The position numbers and the translations under genes were made by a program. Shown piece after piece: positions 24,530-36,899 of a stretch of 64,000 bases of DNA. The notes beneath the pieces were generated by a model. That model did not search any database. It was not told the origin of the DNA and was given only the letters and a program-made list of their open reading frames with translations. The number at the start of each line of letters is the position of its first letter. Positions within the stretch are counted from its first letter, which is position 1. Source of the DNA: Mustelus asterias (Eukaryota); NCBI RefSeq assembly GCF_964213995.1, contig NC_135812.1, positions 14,012,001 through 14,076,000 of the forward strand. The letters are read 5' to 3'.

Positions 24530-25300
24530 CAAGGCCCAACCATCTTCAGCTACTTTATCAAGTACTAGTTATCTTCAACAAGTGGGAATTTAACCAGCAT
24601 CCCTTGACATTCAATTACATTACCATTGCTGAATCCACCGCTATCACCATCGTAGGGGTTATCATTGACCAGAAACTAAACTGGATCAGCCATATAAACA
24701 CTGTGGCTACAAGAGCAGGCCAGAGGCAATGAATCCTGTGGTGAGTTACTCACCTCCTGACTCCCCAAAGCCTGTCCAATATCTACATGGTACTATCAGG
24801 AGTGTGACGGAATACTCTCCATTTACCTGGATGAGTGCAGCTCCAACACAAGAAACTCAACATCAACCTGGACAAACCAACCCGCTTGATTGACACCCTA
24901 TTCACAAACATTCACTCCCTCCACCACTGATGAACAGTGGCAACAGTGTGTATCATCTACAAGACGCACTGCAGGAACTCATCAAGGCTCCTAAGCAACA
25001 CCTTCCAAATCCATGACACCTACCATCTAAAAGGACAAGGGCAGCAGATACATGGGAACACCATCACCTGAAAGTTTCCCTCCAAGTCACTCACCATCCT
25101 GACTTGGAAACATATCATTGTTACTTCACTGGTGTTGGGTCAAAATCCTGGAACTCCCTGCCGAACAGCACGGCGGGTGTACCTACACCTCAGGGACTGC
25201 AGTTGTTCATGAAGGCAGCTCACCACCACCTTCTCAAAGGCAATTGGGGATGGGAAATAAACACTGGCCTAGCCAGCGACACCCACATCCCGTAAATTAA
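24530..25300 (+). mobile_element. CR1/L2-group LINE 3' fragment
   Basis: Decayed RT C-terminus, SKSWNSLPNS motif. Confidence 0.75.
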
Positions 25301-26881
25301 TTTTTAAAAATCCTGTTCTCTTAAAAACATTTTAAAATATTCTGCATGCACGACTTGTATAATAATTTTATAATTTAGATGGTAGACCATAACTATCTAT
25401 ACATTTGAAAAGGGGTCCTTCAACCAAAAGGTTTGAAAACTAGAGGCCAAATCTACAGGCTTTGGGCGGCACAGTGCTTAGCATTGTTGCCTCACATCGC
25501 CAGGGATCCAGGTTCAATTCCGGCCTCAGGTCACTGCCTGTGTGGAGTTTGCACATTCTCCCCATGTCTGCATGGGTTTCCTCTCACAGTCCAAAGATGT
25601 GCAGGTTAGGTTGATTGGTCATGCTAAATTGACCCTAGTGTCAGGGGGACTAGCAGTGCAAATGTGTGGGGTTACAGGGATAGAGCCTGGGTGGGATTGT
25701 GGTCGGTGCAGACTCGATGGGCCGAATAGCCTCCTTCTGCATTGTACGGGATTCTATGATTCAAACCCAGAAGAAGGGTAGACTGGAACCAAAAGCAGCA
25801 ATAAATGTAGAGACCTTTATTTTGAAGGTAGCCCCAGGATTTTCAATGTCCAAATGAACTACTGGTCTTGGCAGATAGCACTTCATTTGACGTCTCATCT
25901 GATGCTACCTCCAGTAACACAGAAGGCTGCGTGCTGGACCTGTCTGTGGATTTGATTCCTGATGGGGAGGCACACTTTCTGACCCAGAGGTGAGAGAGCT
26001 GCCAAATAAGCCAGAGAGAAAAGTCCATGAAAATACTCCCGCAACATCAACCCTGAAATGCAACCGATTCAAGAACAGCTTCTTCCCTGCTGCCATCAGA
26101 CTTTTAAATAGACCTACCTCGTATTAAGTTGATCTTTCTCTACACCCTAGCTATGACTGTAACACTACGTTCTGCACTCTCTCCTTTCCTTCTCTATGAA
26201 CGGTATGCTTTGTCTGTATGGCAAAGAAACAATACTTTTCACTGTATACTGTATGGAAAGGGTAGATGCAGGAAGGATGTTCCTGATAGCGGGGGAGTCC
26301 AGAACCAGGGGTCACAGTCTGAGGATTCGGGGTAGACCATTTAGGACAGATATGAGGAGACATTTCTCATGGTGAGCCTGCGGAATTCATTACCGTATGA
26401 AGTAGTTGATGCCAAAACATTGAATGTATTCAAGAGACAGCTAGAATCTGTCTAGCGAATGGGATCAAAGGTTATGGGGAGAAAACAGGATTAGGCTATT
26501 GAGTTGGACAATTAGCTATGATGGTGATGAGTGGCGGAGCAGGCTCGAAGGGCCAAATGGCCTCCTCCTGCTCCTATCTTCTATGTTTCTAGATTAATAC
26601 ATGTGACAATAATAAACCAAATCAAATCAAAGGGCTCCGTGAACATTGTTGGACTGTACAGTCAGTGTTGTGTCCATATGATCCTCCCGCGCAGTGGTAC
26701 TAAATGTGATATACACGTTACCAATGCAACAGGCTATGTTCGTCCAATGAGGTTTGAGAACGATCAGTCATTTTTCTTCCAAATGATAGGGAAATATTTT
26801 GCAACGGCTTAATGTCAATATTTTAAAAAGTCAGTCATTGAAAACTGATTCATTTCAAATGATTCTTTTCCAGACACTTAC

Positions 26882-27054
26882 TTGTAAGTGATGACTTTTT
26901 CTTTGGGCTGCACTGGGATATGTTCGATTGCCGCGAGTTTTCAGTTCACGCAATTCCAGTTCTCCTTTGGAATTATAGCAGAGTTCATCAACAACACCAA
27001 CCACGAAAATCCCCTCCAGCTCTTCAAACACTGGAAACTCCCGTACACGCTCTC
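26882..27054 (-). CDS. EXO5: EXO5 exon 5 (REFPVF..GVVDEL..ELKT catalytic motif)
   Basis: RecB-type D...ExK motif; phase 1 to 0; GTAAGT donor. Confidence 0.93.
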
Positions 27055-27309
27055 CTGTACAAGGCACAACCCACGTCACTTCTTTAGACACACCGTACAG
27101 CTGAATGGTCTGTCACCACGTCATTCACTACTAGAGCAGGCAGTTAAGAGAGTTATCTGGCCCACCACTCAAATCCAACTGCCTTTCAGTTAGATTCAGC
27201 CTGCTCTGACCTGGATGCAGCTCACCACGGGGAAGCTTGCCACATTCTGAAAAAGCCAACACGACAACTTTTTTTAAAATAAATCACTCTCCATCCAGTA
27301 GGTCAGGCA

Positions 27310-28670
27310 AATTGAAATGATACCAAACTTGGAAGCATTGCAAACTGTGAGGAGAACTGTACAGAGCTTCAAAAGGGCATAGGCAGGTTGGTGGAGTGTA
27401 CAGATAGGTGGCAGATGAGGTTCAGTGCAGAAAAGTATGAGGTGATGCATTTTGGTAGGAAGAACATGAAGAGACAATATTGTTAGGAATGGGTTAACAG
27501 TCACCTTCCACTTCAGTTCTAAATTGGATGTTAATCATTTAATAGAAGTTACTAGGATATATAAAGAGGTTACAGGTGGCATTGGGTGTTGGGGAGAATT
27601 GTATGTGGAGTTGACTCATAGAAATAAAGGTAGTTTATGAAGAAGCGGAACTCGTGTCTCCTTTACTGAACTGCAACTGAGAGACTCTAACAAATACAAA
27701 ATAAGTGGTACAATTCTTTTGGGGGGGGGGTATTAATAGGGGCATACGGTACAGAGCAAGGAGGTTATGTTGGACTTATACAAGACACTAGTTAGACCTC
27801 AGCTGGAGTATTGTGTTCAGTTCTGAGTGCCAACACTATAGGAAGGATGTGAATGCATTAGAGAGAATGCTGAAGAAATTCACAAGGATGGTTCTAGGGA
27901 TAAGAAACTTCAGTTATAGGGATAGAATGGACAGGTTCTCCTTGGAGAGCAGAAGGCTGAGAGGAGATTTGGTAGAGATAGGGCGGCACGGTAGCACAGT
28001 GGTTAGCACTGCTGCTTCACAGCTCCAGGGACCTGGGTTCGATTCCCGGCTTGGGTCACTGTCTGTGTGGAGTTTGCACATTCTCCTCGTGTCTGCGTGG
28101 GTTTCCTCCGGGTGCTCCTCCCACAGTCCAAAGATGTGCGGGTTAGGTTGATTGGCCATGCTAAAATTGCCCTTAGTGTCCTGGGATGCGTAGATTAGAG
28201 GGATTAGCGGGTAAAATATGTAGGGATATGGGGGTAGGGCCTGGGTGGGATTGTGGTTGGTGCAGACTCGATGAGCCGAATGGCCTCTTTCTGTACTGTA
28301 GGGTTTCTATGATGATTTCTATGAGAAGTTCAAAATTGTAAGGGGAGGGGGGGTTGCTGGACAGAGTAGATTGGGAGAAACTGTTCTAGCTCGTAAAAGT
28401 ATCAAGAATAAGGGGGCACAGATTTAAAATGATTTGCAAAAGAAGCAAGTGCACTGAGAGAAAAAACTTTTTCACACAGTGAGTGGTCGGGGTCTGGAAT
28501 GCGCTGCCTGGAAGTGTGGTGGAGGCAGGTTCAATCGAGGCATTCAAGAGGACGTTAGAAACACAACGTGCAAGGATACAGGGAGAAGGCAGGAGAATGG
28601 CAGCAAGTCATAATGCTCATTTGGAGAGCTGGTGCAGATATGATGGGCCGAATGGCCTCCTTCTGCTGTG
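27310..28670 (+). mobile_element. Decayed CR1 hosting a solo LTR and a V-SINE
   Basis: CR1 motifs resume across both insertions. Confidence 0.8.
27481..27692 (+). mobile_element. Solo LTR (212 bp)
   Basis: TGTTAG...CTAACA termini, TATATAAA, AATAAA, 5-bp TSD aatat/aatac inside CR1. Confidence 0.8.
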
Positions 28671-28782
28671 CTACAAAACAAATTTCCTAGCTGGAGGAGT
28701 CCGAGATGCTTTGTGGCAAAACAAAAAGGAAAATGCGGAACATAGTAAAATATTTTATGACCTTCCAGTGCCTTTTACATAC

Positions 28783-28887
28783 CTGCTTGCAGGAACTGGA
28801 TCATTGAGAGGAGATTAAGCATCTTTACGGCCCATTTATCTTCCCGGCTCTCTACAGTTATTGGGACAATGTCTTGGACCTCCAACT
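28783..28887 (-). CDS. EXO5: EXO5 exon 4 (ELEVQDIVPITVESREDKWAVKMLNLL)
   Basis: Not in the ORF track; 105 nt, ttttag / AG|GTATGT, phase 1-1. Confidence 0.9.
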
Positions 28888-31257
28888 CTAAAACAGTAGA
28901 GGCATAAATACATTTTAATCAACACATGTCCCCCCAACACCGTGTACACACTATGCTAGTGGCTTTTGCTACCAAATAAACCTGTTGGACTTTAACCTGG
29001 TGTTGTGAGGCTTCTTACTGTGTTTACACACTATGCGACAGAACAACCAGTGCCATGTGAATTAAACTGGATAGATATGAGAGGCTTTAAGCCGTGCGCT
29101 AGAAGTTTGAAAAATAACTACTTTAAAGGCAGGGATTTTAATCCTAGCCCACTTCATTCAGCAATGAAACAGAGCTGGTTCTTAAACTTATTGTCAGGTT
29201 CAGGTAAACCTCAGCGGCAGCTGTGTGCCTTCCAAGCCATCAGTTAAACGATAGTAAAATAGAAGTGAGCAAATGCATAGTTAGATACCACTGGCAAAAT
29301 AGGCTGGAAAATAGGCACACGTAGACGGCATTGGATTTGGCTGAGATGTAACTCACCACCTAATCACAAGCCAATACTGACCATCAAGGCTTGGAAACAA
29401 ACTGGGACCCTCAACACGTTAGTGCCTCCAAAAGAACAGAGAGGAGAGAAAAGAAAAAAACACACAAAAAAAAAAGAAACCCCATGTATGAGCTGTGTAC
29501 CGAGGAAAACCACTGGGAGGTCAAGGGAGCAGATGAGGAATACTCTTGACTTTACTTTAAATCTAATGAGGGTATTCAGTCAACGCTTCAGTAGCCTTTG
29601 AACTTGGTGGTAACACTGACTGGTAGAAGCTCATAAGATTAAGGACCTCTGTTGATGGCAGAACACACTTTTTGAACTCAGAATTGGGAATTAAAAGTGA
29701 CACTTGCAAATCTGGAGATCATGTTTGTGGAGATTGATTTTTTTTAAAACAATGTAATGGTGCTGGTAAAAGTTGGCAATTATTGATGTGGAAGTCCAGG
29801 AACACTTTATCTCTCCTCCCCGTTCTAATTTTTAAAGTGATTTCACTGCTTTACTGACTCTCCCAGTGGCACCAGCCAGCTCTTGTCTAGATGGGAAATC
29901 ACAGACAATGGAGTGCTCTAGGACCGGCTTTTAGGAGCTGTGCATTTCATAGAATCCCTACAGTGCAGAAAGAGGCCATTCGGCCCATCAGGTCTGCACC
30001 AACCACAATCCCACCCAGGCCCTCTTCCCGCAACCCCACATATCTACCCTGCTAATCCCCCTGACACTAAGGGTTAATTTAACATGACCAATCAACCTAA
30101 CCCGCACATTTTTGGACTGTGGGAGGAAACTGGAGCACCCGGAGGAAACCCATTTGCTCCCATTAGATTTTTATCTCCTTCTGGAAAGCACTTTTTTTCC
30201 TGTTTACTGGTTTCCCAAAGGGGCTGTGATCTAAAAAGCACAGAACAGCATTACACCGAACATATAGCACAACCAGTCCATGTGGGTGTTTATATTCCAC
30301 TCCAGCCTCCTCCCAAATTTCTTAATCTAAATCCTCTAATCACTCCTCCTTCATGTGTTTAGCCTCCCCTCAAATGCATCCGTACCGTACAGTTCAACTA
30401 TTCACTAAAGTTGTAAAGTTTATTTATTCGTCACAAATAAAGGCTTACATTCACACTGCAATGAAGTTACTGTGAAAATCCCCTAGTCGCCACACTATGG
30501 CACCTGTTTGGGTCAATCCACCCTAACCAGCACATCTTTCAGACTGTGGGAGGAAACCGGAGGAAACCCACACACACATGGGCACGGTACATATGGGCGG
30601 CACGGTAGCACAGTGGTTAGCACTGCTGCTTCACAGCTCCAGGGACCTGGGTTCGATTCCCGGCTTGGGTCACTGTCTGTGTGGAGTTTGCACATTCTCC
30701 TCGTGTCTGCGTGGGTTTCCTCCGGGTGCTCCGGTTTCCTCCCACAGTCCAAAGATGTGCGGGTTAGGTTGATTGGCCATGCTAAAATTGCCCCTTAGTG
30801 TCCTGGGATGTGTAGATTAGAGGGATTAGCGGGTAAAATATGTAGGGATATGGGGGTAGGGCCTGGGTGTGATTGTGGTCGGTGCAGACTCGATGGGCCG
30901 AATGGCCTCTTTCTGTACTGTAGGGTTTCTATGATTTCTATGATTCTATGACATGGGGAGAACGTGCAAACTCCACACAGACAGTGACCCAAGCCGGGAA
31001 TCGAACCCGGGTTCCTGGTGCTGTGAGGCAGCAGTGCTAACCCACTGTGCTGCCCCATGATATTGAGTTCCACATCCCCACCGCACTTTGGGTAAAAGGA
31101 ATTTTGTCGAAGCTCCCCACTGGATTTCTTGGTGACTCTCATATTCATGGCCTCTGGTTATATACTTCCCCACAAGAAGAAACATTATGTCTGTATCCAC
31201 TCTACAAAAACCATTCATAAATTTGAAGAACCCTATTAGGTCATACTTCAACCTTCT

Positions 31258-31288
<31 letters not shown>

Positions 31289-31398
31289 AGAGTGTGAAAG
31301 TGTTGGTACAGATCTGTATCTTGGTGCCATGTGGTTTCTGGCTATTTCACCGTGATGCTGGACCACAAGCAACGTTTCATGCTGCTGTAATAAGTTAC

Positions 31399-31664
31399 CT
31401 CTTGCCAGGTGTAGACAGCTACCAGCTTTCACAACTGGAATGTCTTCTCGTAGTTCTTTAATGTGTGGTAGCTCCGCCCCATAAACCACTTGCTGCTCGC
31501 ACCAAGCCTGCCGACTCAGGTCAGTGACGGTCAGGTACTTCCATCCAAACCGCTCCAGTGGGATCCTTCCATCCTGCTTTCTCCTTTTGGTGCCGCTGCC
31601 CTCACAGAGCGGGTCACTTCCCTGCTCCGAGGTGGTCGGCTGATTGGGGGATTGCTCGTTTCCA
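31399..31664 (-). CDS. EXO5: EXO5 exon 3 (PLERFGWKYLTVTDLSRQAWCEQQ...GSCLHLAR)
   Basis: First Fe-S Cys motif; polypyrimidine acceptor; phase 2 to 1. Confidence 0.92.
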
Positions 31665-32380
31665 CTGGGGGGGGGGAAAAAAACGGTCGTTTGCCTGATT
31701 TACTTTCCGATTAAGCAAAGAACAGCGCGGCACCAATTTCCCCTTTTAATGGTAATACAGGAAATGCCTGTAATGAATGACCCCCTGTCACAACTAGGGC
31801 AGCCTGTGGTTCTGAAGCATGCAATTACAGTGAATGGATCTTATATAGTGCTTTGTTAAACTCCAAGCTTTTTTTTCCCCAAAATAGTCATTTCACTCCA
31901 AAAATATAAAAGGATTTCACAAGGCCTCTAATTCTCAGGTTATGTTTAACCTTCATCAATACTGCTTTAAAAAAATTGCTGCAACAGCCTGAGGGATAGA
32001 TGGATTGCATGGTGACATATTCAGTAATTAAAACCACAGAAGTGCAATCAAACCCACACCTCCGAACCAGGGTAAAAGCAATGCTTTGTTCTTTATTACT
32101 ACCATTATCACTCCATTTGCATTTCGTTCCATGGCATCAATTTACCCCACCCTCTAACACATCCCTGACCTTTCTTTGTTCTTCAACTGAATCCTTTTCA
32201 CGGTATTAAACCCATCGCCTCTCTTCAGTTCCAGAGAGTCGTACAGACTCGAAACGTTAACTCTGTTTCTCTCTTCACAGATGCTGCCTGACCTGCTGAG
32301 TATTTCCAGCACTTTCTGCTTTTTAGTTCAGACCTCCAGATTAAGGATTAGCCACAATGGTATTAAATATTTAAAATTAC

Positions 32381-32477
32381 CTACAAGTAGCTTCGGCTGT
32401 GCCTTGGTCCGTACAACAAGATTCAGTGGTTCTGCTTGAGGTGTGGCCATCGCCTCCTTCACACGGTTTAGGCTTTT
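32381..32477 (-). CDS. EXO5: EXO5 exon 2 (low-complexity linker)
   Basis: AG/GT bounded, 97 nt, open frame, phase 1 to 2 exactly bridges the flanking exons. Confidence 0.7.
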
Positions 32478-32664
32478 CTATGAATTCAACTTTTAGGCAA
32501 CAGATCATTAAATATACTTCAGTAAACCTCTCTTGCTACATTCTTTTTGCAAATTAATTAAAAAATTGTAGTTGTTCTAAAATTGACAACTAACAATCCC
32601 CAGCATCCACCAGTCTACAAAGCAAATTACAAAACGGCATCACATCTCTGACATTATAATCTTA

Positions 32665-34240
32665 ATGTGGAGATGCCGGCGTTGGACTGGGGTGAACACA
32701 GTAAGAAGTCTCACAACACCAGGTTAAAGTCCAACAGGTTTAGAACAAAGAACAAAGAACAATACAGCACAGGAACAGGCCCTTCGGCCCTCCAAGCCCG
32801 CGCCGCTCCCTGGTCCAAACTAGACCATTCTTTTGTATCCCTCCATTCCCACTCCGTTCATATGGCTGTCTAGATAAGTCTTAAACGTTCCCAGTGTGTC
32901 CGCCTCCACCACCTTGCCTGGCAGCGCATTCCAGGCCCCCACCACCCTCTGTGTAAAATATGTCCGTCTGATATCTGTGTTAAACCTCCTCCCCTTCACC
33001 TTGAACCTATGACCCCTCGTGAACGTCACCACCGACCTGGGGAAAAGCTTCCCACCGTTCACCCTATCTATGCCTTTCATAATTTTATACACCTCTATTA
33101 AGTCTCCCCTCATCCTCCATCTTTCCAGGGAGAACAACCCCAGTTTACCCAATCTCTCCTCATAACTAAGCCCCTCCATACCAGGTAACATCCTGGTAAA
33201 CCTCCTCTGTACTCTCTCCAAAGCCTCCACGTCCTTCTGGTAGTGTGGCGACCAGAACTGGACGCAGTATTCCAGATGCAGCCGAACCAACGTTCTATAC
33301 ATCTGCAACATCAGACCCCAACTTTTATACTCTATGCCCCGTCCTATAAAGGCAAGAAAAAAAGTTTATTTGGTAGCAAATACCATAAGCTTTCGGAGCA
33401 CTGCTCCGTCTGCATGGTTTCCCCAATGTACCATGCCTCGGGACATCCTTTCCTGCAGCGTATCAGGTAGACAATGTTGGCCGAGTTGCATGAGTAGGTA
33501 CCGTGTACCTGGTGGATGGTGTTCTCACGTGAGATGATGGCATCTGTGTCGATGATCCAGCACGTCTTGCAGAGGTTGCTGTGGCAGGGTTGTGTGGTGT
33601 CGTGGTCACTGTTCTCCTGAAGGCTGGGTAGTTTGCTGCGGACAATGGTCTGTTTGAGGTTGCGCGGTTGTTTGAAGGCAAGAAGTGGGGGTGTGGGGAA
33701 ACCATGCAGACACTACGACAACGGATGAATGAACACCGCTCGACAATCACCAGGCAAGACTGTTCTCTTCCTGTGGGGGAGCACTTCAGCAGTCACGGGC
33801 ATTCAGCCTCGGATCTTCAGGGAAGCGTTCTCCAAGGTGGCCTTCACGACACACGACAGCGCAGAGTCGCTGAGCAGAAACTGATAGCCAAGTTCCGCAC
33901 ACATGAGGACGCCCTAAACCGGGATGTTGGATTTATGTCACATTATCAGTAACCCCCACAGCTTGCCTCCTGGACTTGCAGGCTGTCCTGTCTGGAGACA
34001 ATACACATCTCTTTAACTTGTGTTTAATGCTCCCTCCACCCACACTGTCTGTACCTTTAAGACCTGGCTGGCTGTAGGGATTTGCATTCTAATCAGTATT
34101 CTGTAACTTGATTTTGCGTCTCTGTGCACTGTTTGAGAGCACATTTCCACTCCACCTGACAAAGGAGCAGCGCTCCGAAAGGTTATGGTATTTGCTACCA
34201 AATAAACCTGTTGGACTTTAACCTGTTGTGAGGCTTCTTA
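32665..34240 (+). mobile_element. Penelope-like element (GIY-YIG remnant, internal inversion) with a nested CR1
   Basis: GETMQTLRQRMNEH..VGEHF..EQKLI..LNRD; TSD ttataatctta; pLTR pieces at both ends. Confidence 0.9.
32741..33362 (-). mobile_element. Young CR1 3' fragment nested in the Penelope pLTR
   Basis: Open 163-aa ORF; (TTCTTTG)n tail. Confidence 0.92.
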
Positions 34241-36237
34241 TTATAATCTTATCCAGACATGCAAATAAAGACATTTGTTTCGTTGTGCTTCAAAGCCAAC
34301 TGCACTCTCATTCAAGAGCACACATGCTCGATAGAGGCAACATAATCATAGAATTCCGACAGTACAGGAGGAGGCCATTTGGCCCATCAAGTCTGCACTA
34401 ACTCTACAACAGTAACTCACCCAGGGCTTATCCCCATGTATTTACCCCACTAATCCTCCTAACCGTGGGACACTTGGGAGACAATTTACCATGATCAATG
34501 CCCCTAACCTACACATCGCAGTGACTGTGTGGGTTTCCTCCAGGTGCTCCAATTTCCTCCTACAGTCCAAAAGACGTGCTGGTTGGGTGCATTGGCTATG
34601 CTAAATTCTCCCTCAGTGTACCCGAACAGGAGCCGGAATGTGGCAACTAGGGGATTTTCACAATAACTTCATTGCAGTGTTAATGTCAGCCTACTTGTGA
34701 CAATAATAAAACAAACTAAACTAAACTAACCTGTGACTTTTTGAATTGTAGTCACTGTTGTTTAGTAGATAAATGTGGTAACAAATTTGGACACAACAAG
34801 CCCCAATATGGCAATGGTTAGAGCTTGATGCCCATTCCTGATTGAATGTGAAATGGTGGTGGTGAATTGCCTCCTCGAATTGCTAAAATCCATGTGGTGC
34901 AGGTACTCCCACCGTGCTGTCAGGGAGGGAGTTCCTGGAATTTGACCCAACATCAGTGAAGGAACGGCAATATAATTCCATGTCAAGATTGCATGGTTTG
35001 GAGGGGAACTTGGAGGTGGCTTTCCCATGCCACTAAAAATTAGAAAAGGTCAGAAATCCAAAATAAAAGCAGAAAATGCTGAGAAATGTTTGGTAGCATC
35101 TGAGGGCAGCACAGTGGCTAGCGCTGCTGCCTCACAGCGTCAGGGACCCAGGTTCGATTCCCAGCTTGGGCCACTGTCTGTGCAGAGTCTGCACATCAGA
35201 ATTGATGGGCCTAACAGCCTCCTTCTGCATTGTAGGGATTCTATGGTTCTAACATTTGGGATCTGTGACCTTTCATTAGAATTGAATCAGACTTGAAATT
35301 TTAACTAGCTTCTTTCTCTAAATATGCTGCCAGACCTGTTGAGTATTTCTCACATTTTCTTTCGGCCACTTTCTGTTCTGGTGGCTAGTTGCGAAGAGAA
35401 AGTTGGTCAGGTTACTGAGAATTTGCCTACTCTTAAAATGAAAGACTGGCATTTAGATAGCATCTTCAACAACCTCAGGACATGCTAAAGCACTTTACAG
35501 CCAATGAAATGGAGTAGCTACTATTGTAACATAGCAACAGCCAATTTGCTATTTTTTAAAATTAGTGTTACAAGTAGGCTTACATTAACATTGCAATGAA
35601 GTTATTGTGGAAAATCCCCTAGATGCCACACTCCAGCACCTGTTCGGGTACACTGAGGGAGAATTTAGCACGACCAATGCACCTAACCCGACAGCTCTCA
35701 TGAACAGCAATGTGACAACGGCCGGATAATCTACACAATGCTGGCTGACAGATGAGCATTGGCCAGGGCAAGGGGGATAATTCCCCTTCTTCAAAATGGT
35801 GCTGCACAATCTCTGACATCCACCTGAAAGGAGAAACAGGGCCTCGCTATAGTATCTCATTCCACAAGACGGCACCACTGACAGTGCAACACCCCCACAG
35901 TGCCCACACTGGGAGATCTGGTGTTCTGTAGAAGCCCTATCAGACCCAAAACATTAATTCTTACATCATAGAATCCCTACAGTGCAGGAGGCGGCCATTT
36001 GACCTGCACCAACAACAATCCCACCCAGGTTCAATTCCCATCGCGCCACATATTTATCCTGCTAATCCCCCTGACACCAAGGGGCAATTTAGCACGGCCA
36101 ATCAACTGAACCCGCACAACTTGGGACCTTTAATACCACCTTTAATATGATTCCTAACGTTTTCCTAAAGTCCGCCTATCAGGCCACTCAAAAAGGGACA
36201 CCGTGGGAATTAGAACAACATCACTGGAGCTCCATCA

Positions 36238-36635
36238 TTGGAGCTAGGGCTGTTCTCTCTGGAGCGGAGGAGGCTGAGGGGAGACTTAATAGAGGTTTAT
36301 AAAATGATGAAGGGGATAGATAGAGTGAACGTTCAAAGACTATTTCCTCGGGTGGATGGAGCTATAAGGGGGCATAACTATAGGGGTCGTGATGGGAGAT
36401 ATAAGAAGGATATCAGAGGTAGGTTCTTTACGCAGAGAGTGGTTGGGGTGTGGAATGGACTGCCTGCAGTGATAGTGGAGTCAGACACTTTAGGAACATT
36501 TAAGCGGTTATTGGATAGGCACATGGAGCACTCCAGGATGATAGGGAGTGGGATAGCTTGATCTTGGTTTCAGATAAAGCTCGGCACAACATCGTGGGCT
36601 GAAGGGCCTGTTCTGTGCTGTACTGTTCTATGTTA
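36238..36635 (+). mobile_element. CR1 3' fragment
   Basis: RRLRGDLIEVYK, FFTQRVV motifs. Confidence 0.9.
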
Positions 36636-36899
36636 TTACTATCAAAAGTAGCAGTAAGATCTGGTAGATTTAGGTAGCCATGGTCACCTCGGCTACTGGC
36701 TGTGCGCCTGGAGGGGACCCACTTTTCTCCACAGATGCTGCCAGACCCGCTTCGCCTTTCCAGAATGTTCTGTTTTTATTTATTAGTGTCACAAGTAAGG
36801 CTTACATTAACACCGCAATGAAGTTACTGTGAAAATTCCTCTATTTCACTTCACCGGGGGTGACAGCCTGGATTCTTGTGCTCAAGTCTGAGGGCGGGG

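Noticed and set aside
27055-27100. Longer EXO5 exon 5 using the upstream AG at 27101
   Set aside because: Wrong phase relative to exon 4; the acceptor at 27055 restores the GERVREFP homology
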